Source: an uncultured Lachnospiraceae bacterium
Lineage (GTDB): Bacteria; Bacillota; Clostridia; Lachnospirales; Lachnospiraceae
DNA length: 64,000 nucleotides
Assembly (NCBI GenBank): GCA_946407725.1
Contig: CAMJPM010000004.1
Span: 6,488 to 70,487, forward strand
Direction of reading: 5' to 3'
Shown here: positions 53,970 through 62,466 of the stretch, piece by piece
How the letters are laid out: each line of letters opens with the position of its first letter
Position numbering within the stretch: position 1 is the stretch's first letter
The notes under the pieces: generated by a model
Database searches by the model: none
Told to the model about the DNA's origin: nothing
The model's input: the letters and a program-made list of their open reading frames with translations, nothing else
Translations under genes and position numbers: made by a program

Positions 53970-54205
53970 TAACTATTCAGAACCCCCTGTGATATGACCA
54001 TATTTTTCAGCGAAAACTTGTTTTCGTCTGGAAATATGGTTATATCACAGGGCGGTAACGATTGGTTACCGCCCCCTCGCCGGGGACTTATCCCACATCA
54101 AAGATGTGGGATAAGTCCCCACACCGAGCAAATAATTATTTCTTTGATTGTTTTTAATCAAAAATCATTTTTTGCGAAGGTGCGGTGTGGGGGCTGAATA
54201 ATTAC
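53969..54205. repeat. ~237-bp structured element bounded by terminal inverted repeats GTAACTATTCAGAACCCCC / GGGGGCTGAATAATTAC
   Basis: Internal hairpins at 53985-54052 (21-bp stem), 54051-54073 (9 bp) and 54082-54120 (17 bp perfect). Long-range pair CCCCACACCG/CGGTGTGGGG (54117-54126 / 54184-54193). The left TIR is identical to the reverse complement of 21088-21106. Confidence 0.7.
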
Positions 54206-54253
54206 GAAGAGAAACAGACTTTGGAAAGTTTGGAGAAATGAGGTGAGGTGATC

Positions 54254-55264
54254 ATGGATTTTAATAAGAGAAAGATCATAGCAGAACTGGGAATGACCCA
54301 TGACGGATCCTCAGGCCAGGCAAAGGCCATGATAAAGGCGGCGGCGGAATGCGGAGTGGATGCGGTGAAGATGCAGACCCATATCTCTGAGGCGGAGACC
54401 ATAAGGAATGCTCCCGAACCCCCGTATTTTAAAGGGGAAAACCGCTATGACTATTTTAAGCGCACTGCCTTTGATATGGAGACCTGGAAGGAATTAAAAA
54501 TATGTGCAAGGGAAAATAAGGTGGAATTCATTTCCTCACCATTCTCCATAGAGGCCATAGATTTCCTGATGGAGCTGGGAATTGACTGCTTTAAGGTGCC
54601 AAGCGGTGAGATCACAAATATCCCATATCTAATGCATCTTGCTTCCCTTCAGGTACCTGTCATTGTTTCATCCGGCATGAGTTCCCTGGAGGAACTGGAT
54701 CAGTGTATGGATATCTTCTTAAATAGGGGCTGCAACATATCACTTATGCAGTGTACCTCGGAGTATCCCTGCGATCCTAAGCATGTGGGATTAAATATCA
54801 TTGATCTTTTTAAGGAGAGATATCCGGGAGTACCTCTGGGTTTTTCCGACCACAGCAGCGGTGAGTGGGCTGCCATAGCGGCATTCCAGAAGGGGGCGCA
54901 TCTCATTGAAAAGCATTTCACCTTAAGTAAGAAGATGTACGGCCCTGACGCAAAGATGTCCATGGAGCCGGATGAAATGAGCATGCTATGCTCATCCGTA
55001 AAGAATCTGGAAATCGCCCTTAATAACCCGGTTGATAAGAGTGATGCGTCGGATTTTGGCGATATGAAGGTGATTTTTCAGAAGAGCATCGTTGCAGTAA
55101 AGGATATTCCGGCAGGTACACCCATAAGTGAAGATATGATAGGATACAAGAAGCCGGGAACCGGAATTCCCACTAAATACTATAAGGACATAATCGGGAA
55201 AAAGGTAAAGCGGGATTTGCATTTTGATGATATAATCAGTTTCGATGATGTGGAAGGAATGTAA
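54254..55264 (+). CDS. neuB: N-acetylneuraminate (nonulosonate) synthase
   Basis: IIAELGMTHDGSSGQAKAMIKAAAECGVDAVKMQTH, FSDHS, and a C-terminal SAF-like domain (VAVKDIPAGTPISEDMIGYKKPGTGIP). ATG 54254 follows AGGTGAGG. Confidence 0.85.
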   Translation: MDFNKRKIIAELGMTHDGSSGQAKAMIKAAAECGVDAVKMQTHISEAETIRNAPEPPYFKGENRYDYFKRTAFDMETWKELKICARENKVEFISSPFSIEAIDFLMELGIDCFKVPSGEITNIPYLMHLASLQVPVIVSSGMSSLEELDQCMDIFLNRGCNISLMQCTSEYPCDPKHVGLNIIDLFKERYPGVPLGFSDHSSGEWAAIAAFQKGAHLIEKHFTLSKKMYGPDAKMSMEPDEMSMLCSSVKNLEIALNNPVDKSDASDFGDMKVIFQKSIVAVKDIPAGTPISEDMIGYKKPGTGIPTKYYKDIIGKKVKRDLHFDDIISFDDVEGM

Positions 55265-55341
55265 CTCTTCAGAACAGCCCGAAGAAATAGCTGTGTGAGG
55301 GCGGACAAAAATCTGTGCATTTTGGATAAAGGACAAAATAT

Positions 55342-56496
55342 ATGAGAAAAATCTGTGTGTTTCTTGGCGGAAGAGCCAATTACAGTTCAATAAAATCTGC
55401 CATGAGAGCCATTAAAAACCATCCTGACCTTGAGCTTCAGGTCATACTGGCGGGGCAGGCCCTCTCCGATAATTACGGAGATCTGGAAAGTATAATTATT
55501 TCAGACGGCTTTTCTGCCGACGAAAAAGTGCATATGCTGGTGGCCGGGGATAAGCCCATATCCATGGTGAAAACTGCGGGACTGGGAATGCTGGGTATCG
55601 CTGATGCCCTTGAGCATCTCAATCCTGATTTTCTCGTGGTTGTCGGGGACAGATATGAGGTCATGGCTGCCACCATTGCGGCGGCCTACATGAATATCAG
55701 GGTCGCCCATACCATGGGAGGAGAGGTTACAGGCACCATTGATGAGAGTATCCGCCATGCCATAACCAAGTTTGCCCATGTGCATTTTCCCGCAAATAAA
55801 GAAGCGGGAGAGCGGATATTAAAGCTGGGAGAGAGGCCGGAGGACGTGTTTGTGGTGGGCTGTCCCAGAGTGGATCACGTAAAGGAGCTCCTGGACAGGG
55901 ATTCCTCAATGCCCCTTGATATGTATGAAGCCTTCGGTGGAGTTGGACCGAAATTTGATCTTAATGAGCCATTCCTGCTCATATCACAGCATCCGGTTAC
56001 AACGGAATATACCGAGGCAAAGGAACAGGTGACAAGAACAATAAACGCATGTGTGAAGACCGGCCTTAATATCATGATACTCTGGCCCAATGCCGATGCG
56101 GGAACCGAAGGGCTTTCAACCGGTATAAGGCGCTACAGGGAGCTGTTCCCGGAAGCGAAGATCCATGCATTTAAGAATCTGCCCACAGATATTTATACCA
56201 GGCTCATGAAAAACACAGCCTGCCTTGTGGGCAATTCCTCCAGCGGCATAAGGGAGGGGGCATATATCGGAACCCCATGTGTAAATATAGGAACAAGACA
56301 GAACGGGCGTGAAAGAGGGGGGAACGTGATCGACGCTGCAGTCAATGAGGATGAGATCTATGCGGCTGTAAAGAAGCAGATAGAACACGGACCCTATTCT
56401 TCAGAGCCTATATACGGCGACGGACATGCGGGGGAAAAGATTGCGGATATCCTCTCAAAGGTTGAGGTGCCTGTACAGAAAAGGATCGTTTATTGA
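55342..56496 (+). CDS. neuC: UDP-N-acetylglucosamine 2-epimerase (hydrolysing), NeuC-type, copy 2
   Basis: 384 aa, colinear with copy 1. I counted about 31 amino-acid differences by hand, alongside many synonymous DNA differences. Confidence 0.85.
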   Translation: MRKICVFLGGRANYSSIKSAMRAIKNHPDLELQVILAGQALSDNYGDLESIIISDGFSADEKVHMLVAGDKPISMVKTAGLGMLGIADALEHLNPDFLVVVGDRYEVMAATIAAAYMNIRVAHTMGGEVTGTIDESIRHAITKFAHVHFPANKEAGERILKLGERPEDVFVVGCPRVDHVKELLDRDSSMPLDMYEAFGGVGPKFDLNEPFLLISQHPVTTEYTEAKEQVTRTINACVKTGLNIMILWPNADAGTEGLSTGIRRYRELFPEAKIHAFKNLPTDIYTRLMKNTACLVGNSSSGIREGAYIGTPCVNIGTRQNGRERGGNVIDAAVNEDEIYAAVKKQIEHGPYSSEPIYGDGHAGEKIADILSKVEVPVQKRIVY

Positions 56497-57470
56497 TGGA
56501 TTACAAGGATATAGTATTTGAAAAGGATGCGCTGTTTCTGGTGACCGGAGGTGCGGGCTTCATCGGCTCAAATCTCTGCGAAGCCCTGCTGGACATGGGC
56601 TACTCTGTGAGATGTCTTGACGACCTTTCCCAGGGAAAGCAGGAAAATGTGGAGCTTTTTAAGGACCGTCCGGGTTACAGCTTCATTAAGGGAGATGTAA
56701 AGGACCTCAATACCTGCATGAAGGCCTGTGAGGGGGTTTCCTATGTGATGCATGAGGCCGCCTGGGGCTCTGTCCCCAGAAGCATTGAAATGCCCCTTTT
56801 TTATGAGGAGAACAATATCCGCGGAACCGTGAACATGATGGAGGCCGCAAGGCAGAATAAGGTAAAGAAATTTGTCTATGCATCCAGCTCCTCGGTATAC
56901 GGGGACCATCCGGTGCTTCCCAAGAAAGAGGGACAGGAGGGAAATCTTCTCTCTCCCTATGCCCTTACAAAAAGGGCGGATGAGGAGTACGGAAAGCTCT
57001 ACCACAAGCTTTACGGTCTTGAGACATACGGCCTCAGATATTTTAATGTCTTCGGCAGGAGACAGGATCCAAACGGAGCCTATGCGGCGGTTATACCGAA
57101 GTTTATAAAGCAGCTCATCAATAATGAGAGGCCTGTGATAAACGGAGACGGTAAACAGAGCCGGGATTTCACCTATATTGAAAATGTTATAGAGGCCAAT
57201 ATCAAGGCATGCAGCGGCAGCAGCGAAGCGGCGGGAGAAGTTTATAACGTGGCATACGGAGGAAGAGAGTATCTTATTGATATCTATAACCTTCTTCTGG
57301 AAGCCCTGGGAAAGGATATTGAACCTGTTTTCGGGCCTGACAGACCCGGAGATATCAAGCACTCCAATGCGGATATCAGCAAGGCCAGGGAATATCTCGG
57401 CTATGATCCCCAGTATGATTTTAAGAGGGGCATTAAGGAAGCCATTGACTGGTACAGGGAAAACCTGTAG
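56496..57470 (+). CDS. NAD-dependent nucleotide-sugar 4-epimerase (WbpP/TviC/CapI-like SDR)
   Basis: LVTGGAGFIGSNL, SSSSVYGD, YALTKRADEEY (YxxxK) and RYFNVFGRRQDPNGAYAAVIPKF. TGATG junction with neuC-2. Confidence 0.85.
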   Translation: MDYKDIVFEKDALFLVTGGAGFIGSNLCEALLDMGYSVRCLDDLSQGKQENVELFKDRPGYSFIKGDVKDLNTCMKACEGVSYVMHEAAWGSVPRSIEMPLFYEENNIRGTVNMMEAARQNKVKKFVYASSSSVYGDHPVLPKKEGQEGNLLSPYALTKRADEEYGKLYHKLYGLETYGLRYFNVFGRRQDPNGAYAAVIPKFIKQLINNERPVINGDGKQSRDFTYIENVIEANIKACSGSSEAAGEVYNVAYGGREYLIDIYNLLLEALGKDIEPVFGPDRPGDIKHSNADISKAREYLGYDPQYDFKRGIKEAIDWYRENL

Positions 57471-57502
57471 TTCTGGGCAGATACAGTTTTTAAGCACAAA
57501 AT

Positions 57503-59716
57503 ATGAGACATATTAACAGAAAAAAGATCCTCTGTATTTCCGTTATGATGCCAGTAATCTTTTTACTGGCATGTCTTTTTTTGTGCTTATATAAGGAGAA
57601 GGGAAGAAGCGGAAAAGAGATATACATAAATGAGGTATGCTCCTCAAATATTGGCGCTTACATAAATGAGGATGGAGAAAGTCCCGATTACATTGAGATA
57701 TTTAACGGAGGGGAGAGAGAGACCGACCTTAAGGGATGGAAGCTGTCCACAGGAAAGAATAAGGGGGAGGTCTTTTTGTTTCCGGAGATTATTGTTCCGG
57801 CCCGGGGCTTTGTGGTCATAGATAAGGATGATGAAGGAAATAAAATATCCCTTTCCTCAAAGGGGGCAAGGCTCATCCTTTCGGATCCCGGGGATAATAT
57901 CATTGACAGCATGGAGGTTCCCACCCTTAAATATAATACGGTTTACGGACGGGTGAATGACGGCGGGAAACAGCTTAAAAGACTTACACCAAGTCCCCTC
58001 TTTTCAAATTCAGGCGCAAAGGAGGTTAGTTTCCCCTCCCTTAAAAGTCCTGAATTTTCGGCGGAGAGCGGGTTTTATGACGAGCCCTTCATGCTTTCAC
58101 TCACGTCTCCCGAAGGAGGTGAAATAAGATACACTCTGGATGGAAGCGAGCCCGGTGAAGGATCTTTCATTTATACTTCCCCGATACAGCTTACGGACCC
58201 GTCGGATAACAACGATAAATGGTCCGTCAGCAGGAATGCGTCGGTATATCTCTATGATTATTATGAAAGGTTCGGCTTTCATATCCCTACCGAAAAAACC
58301 GACAAGTGCAACGTGGTAAGGGCAAAGGTTTACGGCAGAAACGGTGAAGTGAGCGACACCGTAACAAAGTCTTATTTTGTTGGATTTAATAAAAAGCCCG
58401 GGTATGACGGTATAAAGATCCTTTCCCTGGTCTCCGACCCCGACGGGTTTTTCGGGAGTGAAAAAGGCATATATGTACTGGGGGATATCGGACTTGAAGA
58501 TCTTCATGAGCGTTACAATGAAAGTGAGGAGGCGTCGGAGCTTATAAAAAAAGATCCCTCCCTGCCTCTTGACGGTTCGGTCAAGATAGGGGATATAGGC
58601 TATAACAGAGGCTCTGACGGAAATTATATGCAGCACGGGCCTAAGTGGGAGAGGGAGGCTGATATTACTCTTTTTTACCCTGAGGATCCGGGAAAACCTG
58701 AGCAGCAGAAAGCGGGCATCAGGATAAAGGGCAACGCATCAAGGCAATATCCCGGAAAGAGCTTTAATATATATGCGAGAAATGCTTACAGTGGAAAGGA
58801 CAGCTTTGATATCTCTTTTTTTGACGGGGCGGAAAACAGGAAAAAGATATGCCTCTCATCCGGAGGAAACGATTTTTATACGCTGTCAAAGGATCTTTTC
58901 ATCTCCGGAAGGATAAGGGACTGCGGCCTTGAGGTCGCTTCCGCAGGATTTTTTGATCCGGTCTTTCTCTTCTTAAACGGTGAATTCTGGGGTACTTATA
59001 TAATCAGCGAGAGGCTTGATGAGGATTACTTTGCCTCCGAATACGGCGTGGACAGGGATAATGTAATATTTATAAAAGAGGGGAACGTGGCAGCGGGCAG
59101 GAAAGATGATATTCATTACTACTATGTCTTTCTGTCCCTGTATGAGGATAAGGACTTTTCAGATCCCGGGGAATACGGAAAATTCTGTGAAGAGGTGGAT
59201 ATTACAAGCCTGATGGAGTATTATTCCCTGAGGGTATATTCCGACTACGGCATTGACTGGCCCCACATGAATTACGGCATCTGGCGCTGCCGTGACAGGG
59301 AAGAGGGGCCTTACGGGGACTGTAAGTGGAGGTTTGTAAATTTTGACAACAATAATACCCTTAAATATGAAAAGATCGATACCGACATGATGGATGTACT
59401 TTTTAACGGAACAAAGTACTTCGGGCCGGACGGGCTTTTTATTTCCCTGATGAAAAACGATGAGTTCAGAAAAGATTTTTACCGGGTGTTTAAGAGGGTG
59501 TCAGAAAATGTCTTCCTTTCCGGCGAAGCAGGGGAAACCTATGAAAATATCAGACATATCCTGAAGGCGCCGGTGTCCCGGAACTATAAACGGTATTTTA
59601 AGTCTGACAGCGGATTTGATGATGATTTTTTTGAAAAGGAAACTCAGAGTATACTTGACTTTATCCGGGAGAGAAACGGCTTTATCGAAGACAGGGTCAG
59701 GGAATACTGCAGGTAG
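57503..59716 (+). CDS. Membrane-anchored lamin-tail-domain (LTD) + CotH kinase-family protein
   Basis: N-terminal TM. LTD pattern INEVCSSN...DYIEIFNGGERETDLKGWKLS. CotH-like GIRIKGNASRQYPGKSFNIY, LFLNGEFWGTYIISERLDEDYF and NFDNNN. Confidence 0.7.
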   Translation: MRHINRKKILCISVMMPVIFLLACLFLCLYKEKGRSGKEIYINEVCSSNIGAYINEDGESPDYIEIFNGGERETDLKGWKLSTGKNKGEVFLFPEIIVPARGFVVIDKDDEGNKISLSSKGARLILSDPGDNIIDSMEVPTLKYNTVYGRVNDGGKQLKRLTPSPLFSNSGAKEVSFPSLKSPEFSAESGFYDEPFMLSLTSPEGGEIRYTLDGSEPGEGSFIYTSPIQLTDPSDNNDKWSVSRNASVYLYDYYERFGFHIPTEKTDKCNVVRAKVYGRNGEVSDTVTKSYFVGFNKKPGYDGIKILSLVSDPDGFFGSEKGIYVLGDIGLEDLHERYNESEEASELIKKDPSLPLDGSVKIGDIGYNRGSDGNYMQHGPKWEREADITLFYPEDPGKPEQQKAGIRIKGNASRQYPGKSFNIYARNAYSGKDSFDISFFDGAENRKKICLSSGGNDFYTLSKDLFISGRIRDCGLEVASAGFFDPVFLFLNGEFWGTYIISERLDEDYFASEYGVDRDNVIFIKEGNVAAGRKDDIHYYYVFLSLYEDKDFSDPGEYGKFCEEVDITSLMEYYSLRVYSDYGIDWPHMNYGIWRCRDREEGPYGDCKWRFVNFDNNNTLKYEKIDTDMMDVLFNGTKYFGPDGLFISLMKNDEFRKDFYRVFKRVSENVFLSGEAGETYENIRHILKAPVSRNYKRYFKSDSGFDDDFFEKETQSILDFIRERNGFIEDRVREYCR

Positions 59717-59719
59717 GTC

Positions 59720-62287
59720 ATGGCTATAAAGAATTTTTTTGAAAATAAATATGTAAAGACGGCACTTTTTTTCCTGTTGCCCGTTCTGGAGTTTTTTGTC
59801 TGCCAGTATGCGATGACGGATGACTTTGACAAGCTCTCTCCCCTTCTTGTGGTGGTTAATGTGATCTTCGGGGAGCTTTTAACCCTGCTTCTCTGCTTTA
59901 TCACGGGAAGCGCAAAGGTGTCGTCAAGAATTTCGGTGGTGTTCTTCTGGCTTATCGGGGTTGTTAATGCCTACGTCTACAGATTCAGGGGGACTTATAT
60001 ACGGCCCTGGGATCTCTTTTCCCTCAGAACAGCCTTAAATGTGGCGGATAATTTCGATTATTCTCCCGGCAGGAATATAATCATTTCCACCTGCGCCGCA
60101 GTGATACTCTTTCTTCTTGCGGGATTTCTTAAGAGTGAGGAGGGTCATGAAAAGAAAAAGGTTCCTGTGTGCGTTATTGGAGCCCTTTCGTCATTACTGC
60201 TGATATTTGTTTTATCCTTTGCGCTCCGGCAGGACAGGGTCATAGATGGACTTGGAATCTATACCACCCAGTTTGATTCCAAGGGGATGATAAGGAATAA
60301 CGGGGTGCCGGTGACCTTTATGTATCAGATGAAGTACCTGAAGGTTGAAAAGCCTGAGGGATACAGCGATAAGGAGGCAAAGGAGGTCTTAAGCTCCTAT
60401 TCCCCGGAGAAGAGTAAAACCGATGAATACCCCGATATTCTGGTGTTTATGGATGAGGCTTTTTCGGATCCCGCTGTAGACGGGGATTTTTCCACCAATA
60501 TCGATTACATGCCCTTCATCCACTCCCTGGAAAAGGGTGCGGAAAACACCGTTACGGGATATGTAAATGTATCTGTAAACGGCGGAAATACTCCGAATTC
60601 GGAATTTGAGTTTCTGACAGGAAACACCATGGGATTTCTCCCTGAGGGCAGCATAGCTTTTCAGCAATATGTTTTAAGAAACATGGAATCACTGCCGGCA
60701 TATCTGAAGAGATTTGGTTACAGCACCCTTGCTTCCCATCCCTACAGGGCAAGCGGCTGGGACCGCCCGAGAGTATGGAAGCTGCTCGGCTTTGATGAAT
60801 TACTCTTTGATGACTATTTTGATCAGAAGAACCCGGAAAGGGTGAGAAGATACGTTTCGGATGAATCCTGCTTTGATATAGTGGGGGACAGGGTTCTTGA
60901 ACTTGGAGATGACGATCCGGTATTTTCCTTTAATGTGACAATGCAGAACCATTCAGGCTACAAAGGGGATCAAAGTGATATGGACCAGAGTGTTTCCGTG
61001 GAATGTGACGGTGAAAAAAGCGCCGGGGAGAAACAGATGGATACATATCTGTCCCTTATGAAATACACGGACAGTGCATTTGAGAAGCTTATAGACAGAT
61101 ACAGGGATTCCGAAAGAAAAACCATCATAGTCTTTTTCGGGGACCACCAGCCCGATCCCGCTGTGTTTGACCTTATGTGGAATCAGAACGGGGTGGACAG
61201 GGAAAGTATTTCAGGAGAAAAATATGCGCATCTTTTCAGGGTTCCCTTTGTGATATGGGCAAATTTTGATATAGATGAAGCGTCAGGGGTTGAGACCAGC
61301 CTTAATTATCTCGGAAATATGGTATTAAAGCAGGCCGGCATCAGACTTTCGGAATACAGGTGTTTCCTTGATGAATATTCCGGAAAATATCCGGTGATAT
61401 CCGCCATACGGTATGTGGATTCAGACGGGAACAGTGTCATGAAGGAGGACTGGGGGGACAGCCTGCAGGAATACAGGAAGCTCCAGTACTATAAGATGTT
61501 TGATGACGATACCTACGAAAAGAAAAAATATGATTTTTCCTATGACTGGATAAAACAGGGAAACATCGCCCATGCATTGGGTGCTGCACCGGATGGTACA
61601 CTGATGACCAATTCAAAGGAGGCTTTTATCCATAATTACAATAAGGGTTTCCGGATCTTTGAGGCTGATCTCATGTATACTGCTGATGATGTCCTGATGT
61701 GCGGCCACCGGTGGGACGATGTCCTGGGAGAAGAGCTTTATGAGGAAAGGGGAGCCCAGTCATCCACGGCTGAAATGACATGGGAGGAATTAAAAGAGTA
61801 CGGGATACAGGGAAGGTTTACACCTTTGAATGTAAAAGATCTTTTAGAACTCATGAAGGAATATCCCGATTCGTATATTGTGCTGGATATGAAAAGGACA
61901 GAGCCGGAAAGCATCGAAGAGATCTACAGTGATCTATATGAAAATGCCCTTTCGGCGGACCCTGAGGTTTTAGACCGCATTATCCCCCAGCTCTATAATG
62001 ACTCAACTCTTGATATGCTGATGGAGATCTATCCCTTTAAATCCTGCCTCTATTCCTGCTATAAGACAAAGGCGGAGAAATTCCCGGAGTATGTGGCGGG
62101 ATACGCAAAAGAAAAGGGTATAAAGGTGATCACGGTGGATCACAACAAGGAAAGTGAGGAGTGGAACAGCTATCTAAAGAAAAACGGGATGTGGATCTAC
62201 TATAACACCGTAAATGATGGAGCAGAGGAAGATGAGCTTAAAAAACGTGGGGTTCACGGGATATATACGGACCTGCTGGCGGAGTGA
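59720..62287 (+). CDS. Fusion protein: LtaS-like sulfatase-domain transferase (paralog 4) + GDPD/PI-PLC-like domain (paralog 3)
   Basis: PDILVFMDEAFSD, GGNTPNSEFEFLTG, FNVTMQNHSGY and FFGDHQP. After YYKMFDDDTYE (near nt 61500-61535) it continues directly into DFSYDW..IAHALGAAPDG..FEADLMY..IPQLYNDSTLDM..GIYTDLL. Confidence 0.8.
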   Translation: MAIKNFFENKYVKTALFFLLPVLEFFVCQYAMTDDFDKLSPLLVVVNVIFGELLTLLLCFITGSAKVSSRISVVFFWLIGVVNAYVYRFRGTYIRPWDLFSLRTALNVADNFDYSPGRNIIISTCAAVILFLLAGFLKSEEGHEKKKVPVCVIGALSSLLLIFVLSFALRQDRVIDGLGIYTTQFDSKGMIRNNGVPVTFMYQMKYLKVEKPEGYSDKEAKEVLSSYSPEKSKTDEYPDILVFMDEAFSDPAVDGDFSTNIDYMPFIHSLEKGAENTVTGYVNVSVNGGNTPNSEFEFLTGNTMGFLPEGSIAFQQYVLRNMESLPAYLKRFGYSTLASHPYRASGWDRPRVWKLLGFDELLFDDYFDQKNPERVRRYVSDESCFDIVGDRVLELGDDDPVFSFNVTMQNHSGYKGDQSDMDQSVSVECDGEKSAGEKQMDTYLSLMKYTDSAFEKLIDRYRDSERKTIIVFFGDHQPDPAVFDLMWNQNGVDRESISGEKYAHLFRVPFVIWANFDIDEASGVETSLNYLGNMVLKQAGIRLSEYRCFLDEYSGKYPVISAIRYVDSDGNSVMKEDWGDSLQEYRKLQYYKMFDDDTYEKKKYDFSYDWIKQGNIAHALGAAPDGTLMTNSKEAFIHNYNKGFRIFEADLMYTADDVLMCGHRWDDVLGEELYEERGAQSSTAEMTWEELKEYGIQGRFTPLNVKDLLELMKEYPDSYIVLDMKRTEPESIEEIYSDLYENALSADPEVLDRIIPQLYNDSTLDMLMEIYPFKSCLYSCYKTKAEKFPEYVAGYAKEKGIKVITVDHNKESEEWNSYLKKNGMWIYYNTVNDGAEEDELKKRGVHGIYTDLLAE

Positions 62288-62466
62288 AAGTTTAGTAAAA
62301 GTTATGAAAGATGAATAAAAGTTTTGTTTGAGTGTGGTTTAGTATTGTGATACAATAACAACGGCGGTCAAAAAAGGCACCGCCTGTAATAAGCTGTGCG
62401 GGGAGTAAGACAGGGATCTGACCGTCAGCAGCTAAACAATAAGATTACGGATATGGAGGAAAACAA

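Noticed and set aside
53994-54197. 67-aa + strand ORF
   Set aside because: It lies wholly inside the nested-hairpin element, has no RBS and gives an implausible sequence.
56568-57497. 309-aa minus-strand ORF
   Set aside because: It lies entirely antisense to the well-supported WbpP/TviC-like epimerase gene. It has no RBS or motifs, and its composition is typical of a shadow ORF in a purine-rich coding strand.
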